DNA of 64,000 bases from Carpediemonas membranifera BICM. Taxonomy: Eukaryota > Protista > Fornicata. Location of the stretch: NCBI GenBank assembly GCA_019828565.1, contig JAHDYR010000028.1, positions 134,300 to 198,299 on the forward strand, given 5' to 3'. Each line of letters opens with the position of its first letter. Within the stretch, counting starts at the first letter, position 1. This document shows, piece by piece, positions 57,186 to 64,000 of this stretch. The position numbers and the translations under genes are program-made. The notes below the pieces were generated by a model. The model did not search any database, was not told where the DNA came from, and was given only the letters and a program-made list of their open reading frames with translations.

Positions 57186-57985
57186 ATCGTAGTTGTATTT
57201 TAGCGGGGAGACAATAATCAACCACACGCCCGACCAAGCAGGAAAGTGACGCCCCTGGGATTGACGGGGGAAACCCCGCATATTCCGGCAGCAAAACTTC
57301 GCTGAAACGGAACCACATAATTACTTGACTGATTTTTGGATCTTAGAGAAGACTTGACGCGCATAAACTCAGGTTGATCGTCAAGATCTCCGAAAGGAAC
57401 GCAACTGCTGCCTAAATCACCTTTTATCATTATTAGTCGGTTCAGCTTTTTTTCTCGCAAGTCCGTCATCATTTCGTGACATAATCCGCGGGATCCGTAG
57501 CGAACGATGACTCCTCGGAAAAAAACACATAGTTGTGCTCTACACTTGACCTACATTCCAAATATTCACTTTGTTCTTTCCAACGGCTCAGTTTTTGTCA
57601 TGCGTTGACCGACCAAGAATGTGAGCGTACACTGACACTATTGGTTGCATGATGTGAAACATCGTGTATTGCGTACATGAACAAAGTTTTAAGCTGTTAT
57701 GACTCGTATTCGTTGAGATATGGCTGTTTGTTCATACGCCTAAAAATGCACACATGGTCAAATCTGTCGAAACAAAAAAGAATTGGGAATATCTCGGGAA
57801 TGACACGTTGCCGTTTTTCAAAAATCGGGCAAGCCCAACGAATGATAGTATGGGATCGCCTGCATCATTTGCAAAAAACGGCAACGTGTCAATCTCTAGA
57901 TATCGCCAATTCTGCATAAAAACTTTTTTTTGCAAGGCATAGAACTCTACACTGTGAGCACTAGTGTATTAGTGCTTGCAGAAGC

Positions 57986-58154
57986 GGTTACTTGAGTCGA
58001 TGAAGTATACGCACATGACATAATTAATTAAAACAGTTTAATATTGAGTGAGCCACCAGGAATTTCCCTTATCCAATCAGGGAATTTCCTCGGGGGAAAG
58101 CCCGAGGAAATTCCCCTACCCAATAAGGGAAATTCCTGCACCCTGGACAGTATG
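57986..58154 (-). repeat. Right TIR
   Basis: Reverse complement of 41295-41463. Confidence 0.95.
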
Positions 58155-58986
58155 GGGGCAGAGAGCGGTGAGGCTCTATGAGTCTGCGCACGACCTGGAC
58201 CGTCCGACCCCCCTAGGGAATCTGGACTGGGCGACAGCGGAGAGAGGATCGGTCTTACATCGCCTCTACCAATGGCGACGGAGCGTCCTCCAGGGCACAC
58301 AGGAGGAGATGCCCGCCAGGGAAAGAGCAAAGAGGGGAGGCTGGACCCTCACAGCAGAAGAACTACTGCACACCGGGAGCCGAACGGCCAAAGGGGTGGC
58401 AACAGTACTAGCCCCGGAAGTCATCCTCAGCATGCAGCAAGGGAAGAGACCCAAGAAACCAGGAATGATCAAGGGTGAGATGATAACCAGACGGGAAGTC
58501 AAGAGAGTAATCATGACTGCATCCAACACACTCCCCTCCCCCAGCAACAGTGGCAGAAGCAGAGCCATACTTGGGAGCGCGATCGGCCAGCCCCAGGCCC
58601 TCCTGAGCAGGATCAAGCGGTGTTGCCCCCTATGTACCCTGGACTCAGAAGGTGACACCATTACTCGCCTGTACACTGTCACCAGAACCGCGGCGGAAAC
58701 CACCAAAATCCTCTCAGAATGGGCATACAACCAGCCCCTGGGAACACAAAGCCACATCATCTGCCAATGCAAGGCGGTAGAACGCCCAGGAGGATGGAAT
58801 GACATCCTGGCGGAGGCGCATCTACGCACACAGTACCACGCCCTAAGGCAAGGGCAGGAGGCGGAGTGGTACAACTCAAGGGCAATCCTGGAAATGCTCT
58901 GGCTCCTCCGCAGCGAGGACCATACCGTCAGAGAGGGACTGCAGAACGGCAGACGTGCCCTTCTGAACCTCCGGAAAGACGGGTAA
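58155..58986 (+). pseudogene. C-terminal part of LINE ORF
   Basis: Purine-rich ORF with CCPLC..SHIICQC knuckle-like motif. Confidence 0.55.
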
Positions 58987-60019
58987 GTACACCATCCCAG
59001 AATCCTATGACCTCTGGGACCAGGGTCAAACTGGGACCCAACCCCCTGCCTCAACCGAAGCGGAGCGCTCCTGGGATCAGCGGGGGACGCAAGCCCCACG
59101 TATCCCGGTAGCACCAGCCGCGGAAGGGGGACTCAACCCCGAACACTAATCTCGCTAACACACAAACGCTCACCCATACTGGGAACGTAGACAACATTCA
59201 GCCGGCAGAACCGGCACACTCTTCACACGTATAAGAAATAACCCAGAGCCATAGGGCGGGGCACGTATGCACATGTATACACGTACGTGCGAGGTATCGG
59301 GGCGCAGCAGCCAAACAGGAGGGTAACCATAAGGCAACAATACCACCTGGGCGGCACCTGGACCAAAAACAGAGCTGCGCCGAACGGCCCGGCACCCAAA
59401 ACTGGGAACCAGCCGGAAGCTAGGAAGAAGCCCTATAGGGAACAAATCCTTGAGGAGGGGATCCATGCCGGAACGGAAAGTGTGGAAGAGCCCGAACGCA
59501 GCCGTGAATCATATAGCTACCCAGCGATGATCGGTGGGTTTCATAACTGGCCCAATTGCGTGGTACGGCAAACGCCAAGCCCGAAACCGCTTCGGCGGGT
59601 GCCTGAAAAATTGCAAACTGGGTCGAATGGTATGGAGAACATATCCCTGAGAGGAGCCCTGTAGGGGGAAACCGAGCAGAAGGCCCCGGTGGCGGGTGTG
59701 CAGGGCAAGGCCTTGCGGGTGCCAGGCAGAACGGGGGCCCGAAGGACCCCCAAGAGTAAGACCTGGGTTATCCCGACTTTGGGGGTATCGGGCCAGCCAG
59801 TTGATAGGTCAACATGCAAGGGACTACCCAGCCTTACCAGCTGGACCCTGACGGTGATGGTGCTAACGCCCCCAACGTAGTATCAGGCTCGCTCACGAAG
59901 GGAAGTCAACACGCTAAGGCGTTCCCGGGGACATGGGGTGGTGCAAACTGGTAATTCCCTGATTTACACAGGTGTACAGGATACGTTAAATTTCTTTCTT
60001 TCGGGAGCCCCAACGCGGT

Positions 60020-62997
60020 TTAAGGCGAAGTTCGCAATCCTCAGTGGGGACCGCGAGAAAATCCTTATTGGCACCGACATTCTTCGTGTACTCGGGCTTC
60101 TTACGAAGGATTCCTTATTCCTCCAGCTCGTAGCCGAAAATCTGAGCAAGGGAGGACGGGGACGACATTCCGCTGAGTTTGAACCAGTTAGACGTCTCGG
60201 AGGACGTTGGTGCTGTTGAAATTCCCGAATCCGCGAGCGCCACGCTCCGAAGCGAGGTACGAGCGCTACTTGCTGAGTATTCCACGTTGTTCGGCCCCAT
60301 TCCGGCTCAAGGAGCCAAGGTTGAACCTATGCGGATCCGATTGAATGACCCGGACGCCCTGGTCCAGGAACGAGCCCGGAGACTATCAGGGGAACGACGC
60401 CTTCAGGTGCGGGAAGAAGTAACCCGCCTACGCCACCTTGGCATCACCAGGAACAGCGTCGGACCGTTCTCCTCCCCGATCGTGGTAGTGGATAAGAAGA
60501 ACGGCGCCATACGCCTCTGTGTGGACTACACAAAGCTCAACATTCTCACCATTCGTGACCATTTTCCCCTTCCCGACTTGAAAACCTTCGTGCAGGGAGG
60601 CGGCGGGGGCTCAATTCTTCGCCAGCTTGGACTTGACGTCCGGGTACCATCAGATGCCCCTCCACGAGGAAGACAGAGCTATGACGGCGTTTGTAACACC
60701 TGACGACTACGAGGAGTTCAACCGAGTCCCATTCGGGCTGACTAACGCTCCGAGTTATTTCCAGCGTACCATGCAATCCATCCTCGCCCCGGTACTCCAC
60801 CGGGGGGTGCTGGTCTATATTGACGACATCTTAATCTACGCCCAATCTGAGGAGGAACTTATAGCACGCTTAGAGCAAACCTTCCAGTTGCTGACAAAGT
60901 ATGACCTTCGGCTTAGCCCGGCAAAATGTGTGATCGGCGCGGAGGAGTTAGACATCGTGGGCTTCCACCTTTCCCGCGAGGGGAAGAGCATCGACAAGCG
61001 ACGGATTGAAGCACTCACGTCGATAGAGGCTCCGAGCAATGTTTCAGGGGTCAGAACACTCTTAGGGATGTTTAATTACGTGATCGACTTCATCCCAGCC
61101 GCGGCGGACCTTGTGGACCCCCTCTATGAGCTGATCAGGAACGCCGGTGAGCCATTCGTATGGGGACCACGCCAAGAGGAAGCCCTCGTGGCCCTGAGAG
61201 AGGCGGTAGCCCAAGAGACCGTCCTGGCTCAGCCTGATCCCAGCCTGCCATGGGACGTTTACACTGACGCAAGCGACCGGGGGCTTGGGGCCGTAATCAC
61301 CAGGGAGAGGGCGCGAATCGCCGCCTGGTCGCCTTCGTTTCGAAATTATTTAACGCGACGCAGAGGCGCTGGGCCACCTACGACAAGGAGCTGTACGCAA
61401 TCCTTCATACCCTCACCCGGCCTGACTTGAGTCCTCTACTCAAGATGGTTAACTCGCTCACTATCCACACAGACCACCGGAATATTGTGTACCTCATGCG
61501 CCGCTCCCTCGTATCCCCCAAGGTGATGCGCTGGCGGATTGCTTTGCAAGAATTCAATTTCAACATTGCCCACATATCAGGCGAGCATAATGTGGTCGCC
61601 GACGCTCTTTCACGGCTAGAATCGTCGACTAAGACTGTGAACAGTGCCGAGATCGTACCATCGGAGGAGGAGAAGCTGCGCATACTTCAAGATCTGCATG
61701 AGGGCGCCAATGGCCACCCCAAGGCAGTACGCCTTACGACTCTTGCGATGGAGGCGGGTCATGTTTGGCCCGACGTCTCGGCACTCGCCAAGCGGGTAGT
61801 CAAGCAGTGCTTGACATGCCAGAAGTTGCGCGCACACAAGCGATCGCCCCCGGCGAAGAACAGCACACACCGGTACACGCCCTTTGAATGCGTCCAAGTC
61901 GACACTCTCTCCCTGGGGGCTAGCGGTGAGTACAAGGGCGTCTTGGTCTTCACAGATGTCTTCACGAAATACGTGGTACTGAAGCCGGTGAGATCAACCA
62001 CGGCCGCCGAGACAGCCCAAGCAATGCTAGAAGTCTGGGCCCTATTTGGGAAACCAGCGCTACTTCAAACTGATGGCGGACCGGAATTTAGGAACCAAGT
62101 GGACGCTGAAGTCAACCGGATCCTCTCCCTCAAGCATCGTTACTCGACCCCACATCACCCAGCCTCCAACGGAATTGTTGAACGCACGAATGGAAAAGTC
62201 CTTCGTCTGTTGCGGGGTTTACTATTTGACAGCCAGGACTATGACTGGGTTTCCTTTCCTCCCTTTAGTGCAGTACATCATTAATACACGGCCAACACGG
62301 GCCACGGGGCAAAGCCCCCTTACGCCTAGTGACAGGCAATTCGGGATCCGACTCCGAGCAGTTTTCAGTCGCGCAATACGAGCGGGCGTGGGCCCTATTT
62401 AAGGAAATGTCGGCGGGCCAAGCCGATTGCCTGAAGGCGTTCCGCGACGCCCTTAATACCCGCCGTCTGCAAGCCAAGGCTCATCTCCAACGGTATAGCG
62501 AACGAAACAAGAGCGGCGAGGACAGCGACACACCTCCGAGCTTCCCGGATGGCTCCTTCGCACTCCTCCGCTACGTTGGCAGAGCTCCCAAGCTGCTCAC
62601 CAGCCTCCGGGGCCCGATGAAGGTTGTACGAGCCGGCGAATCGCCCGCTACGCACGTGGTTCGCGACTTAGTGTCGCTGGCAGAGGTCCTGGTCAGCGAT
62701 GAGCGACTCATTCCTGTCGAGACGCCAGAGGACGAGCAAGCCCTGATCGCTAGGGCACTTGCCGCCGAGTGCGGTGAGTACGTGGTCGACAATGTCTACA
62801 AGCACAGGGTCTCAAACAAGGGGTCCAAGGTCGAATTCAAAGTCCACTGGCTGGGCTACGAGCCGAGCGAAGACTCTTGGATTAGTTTTACCAGAGACAC
62901 CGACCAGCTGGAGGCCCTAGACCAATATTTGCGCGAGAACCCTGCACTAGAGCCGACTCTGGCTCGTATTCGTCGCAGGTGGCGGGCCCGGTCCTAG
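60020..62997 (+). pseudogene. Element B pol: protease end, RT, RNase H, integrase, chromodomain
   Basis: RLCVDY, PFGLTNAP, YIDD, YTDASD, HHCC, D,D35E, FKVHWLGYEPSEDSW; several frameshifts. Confidence 0.92.
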
Positions 62998-63703
62998 CCG
63001 CAGTATTAGGCAACTCAATCGGCGAGCAGCCAATTATGCTCAATTACCCCAGGAAGTAATTCTTCCGCCCAATATCGCTCTACACATGCTTGTTACACCT
63101 CTTTTTGCGGGGAATTTCGGTCCAAACCTCCCCAGTTAATCGATAGTCGATTGATTCCAAATTTTTGCGCATTGCGGGGGAACCAATGCCCGTGAGAACC
63201 TAGTGCTACAGCAGTACAATCACCTTTATATATCTCCCCATTTCCCTCGGGTTCAGCTCTCGTTGCGATCATCTTCCCCGTTCACTCTTTCGCCATCGAC
63301 TCGTGTTTCGGCCACCACACGAGGTACTCAGACCTCAGACAGGAGGTGGAGAGTGTAGCCGCTGCAGGAGCATATCGGAGTACACCCTTTTCCATTTTTT
63401 TTCCGTCCTTCGCCTCCTCCTTCTTTTCGACTCATCGCTGGGTCGTGCAGGTTAAGACCCATTCAATGAAAAATATGGTGACCCCGGGGGTCGGAGCCCA
63501 GTTCCACCCTGAAGGAAGATCCTCGACCATCGGATGGGTTTCTGACACAATTTGCAAAGTGGCTTTAATACTCTCGGTGGGGGGAGGGGTAGTGTCGCAA
63601 TACCGTATTAATATTTATATATTTTATGGGTGTCGTCTTGGTCTACTTGGTCCGAGACGACACACCAGTAGTCGAAATAAAGTGGCAGCGCATCGTTACA
63701 ACA

Positions 63704-64000
63704 GGCCACGATGCCACAAAGTGCTGGAAGAAGCAGAGGGACGAACGCAAGAAGGGTGTAAAAACTCAGGCTTGTTTCTCTACGTGCTGCTTCACCTCTT
63801 CTGGTCGCTCAGGGGATAGCGAAGCGTCCTGAAGCCGTGGTGTGTGTAGACGGTCGCGACGTTAACACATTGCTGAACACCGGGGCCGACACAGATTTTG
63901 TCGACAAGACGTTGATCGACGAGTTGGGGTTCGCGGATGAAATTATCCCCACAAACGTGAAGGTTCGATTGCAAGGCAGGACGGTTTTACAACGTGCATG
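63704..64000 (+). mobile_element. Gypsy element A continuation (knuckle end, protease)
   Basis: GHDATKC completes CPYCNKVGHDATKC; LLNTGADTDFV protease-like motif. Confidence 0.8.

Larger units (their letters stand above)
41295..58154. mobile_element. 16.9-kb TIR DNA transposon (CMC/Transib-related) with cargo genes
   Basis: 169-bp TIRs starting CATACTGTCC with one mismatch; GG on both flanks (2-bp TSD); lower GC than the host genes; DDE transposase inside. Confidence 0.9.
41268..60001 (+). mobile_element. 5'-truncated non-LTR retrotransposon (41268-41294 plus 58155-60001)
   Basis: 18-bp TSD CGGGAGCCCCAACGCGGT (41250-41267, 60002-60019); ORF remnant with CPLC...HIICQC; ends TTTCTTTCTTT. Confidence 0.7.
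40045..63703 (+). mobile_element. Chromovirus Gypsy element B, interrupted by a LINE and a DNA transposon
   Basis: LTRs 40045-40113 and 63593-63703; GGCC TSD (40041-40044, 63704-63707); PPT before the 3' LTR. Confidence 0.9.

Noticed and set aside
41295-58154. Polinton/Maverick, virophage or giant-virus insertion
   Set aside because: No pPolB, capsid, packaging ATPase or retroviral integrase recognised, and the TSD is 2 bp rather than 5-6 bp.
58048-58154. 5' part of the 312-aa ORF 58048-58986
   Set aside because: Chimeric read-through from the right TIR into the LINE remnant.

Overview
Eukaryotic DNA from a gene-dense protist genome with tiny introns. PPi-dependent PFK, a presequence-bearing GrpE and ~28-nt GTTTG introns suggest an anaerobic metamonad such as a Carpediemonas-like organism (inference). 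The window has three zones. (1) 1-10.5 kb: two near-identical inverted copies of a Fanzor1-like (eukaryotic TnpB/RuvC) element flank a UFL1-like gene and a GT8 glycosyltransferase. Each copy has a hairpin omegaRNA candidate after the ORF and a second diverged copy of that end upstream of the ORF. (2) 11-38 kb: housekeeping genes (TAF6, GrpE, MBOAT, FTase-beta, FOP, ULK4, GARP Myb, RPLP2, TRAPPC5, mini-SART1, RPL10, PPi-PFK, CAP-G, VPS4, a PPAT-Nas2N fusion, Rab21). (3) 38-64 kb: a nested transposon island. Ty3/Gypsy elements with very short LTRs contain a 5'-truncated LINE (18-bp TSD), which contains a 16.9-kb DNA transposon with 169-bp palindromic TIRs. That element encodes a divergent CMC/Transib-like DDE transposase and chromatin-related cargo: a histone H3-tail mimic lacking K9/K27, SET-like and PHD proteins, Cdc7-like kinases and a caspase-like/OTU protein. 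Many frameshifts in the repeats lie in homopolymers and may be assembly errors. All family calls come from motif recognition by eye, not database searches.
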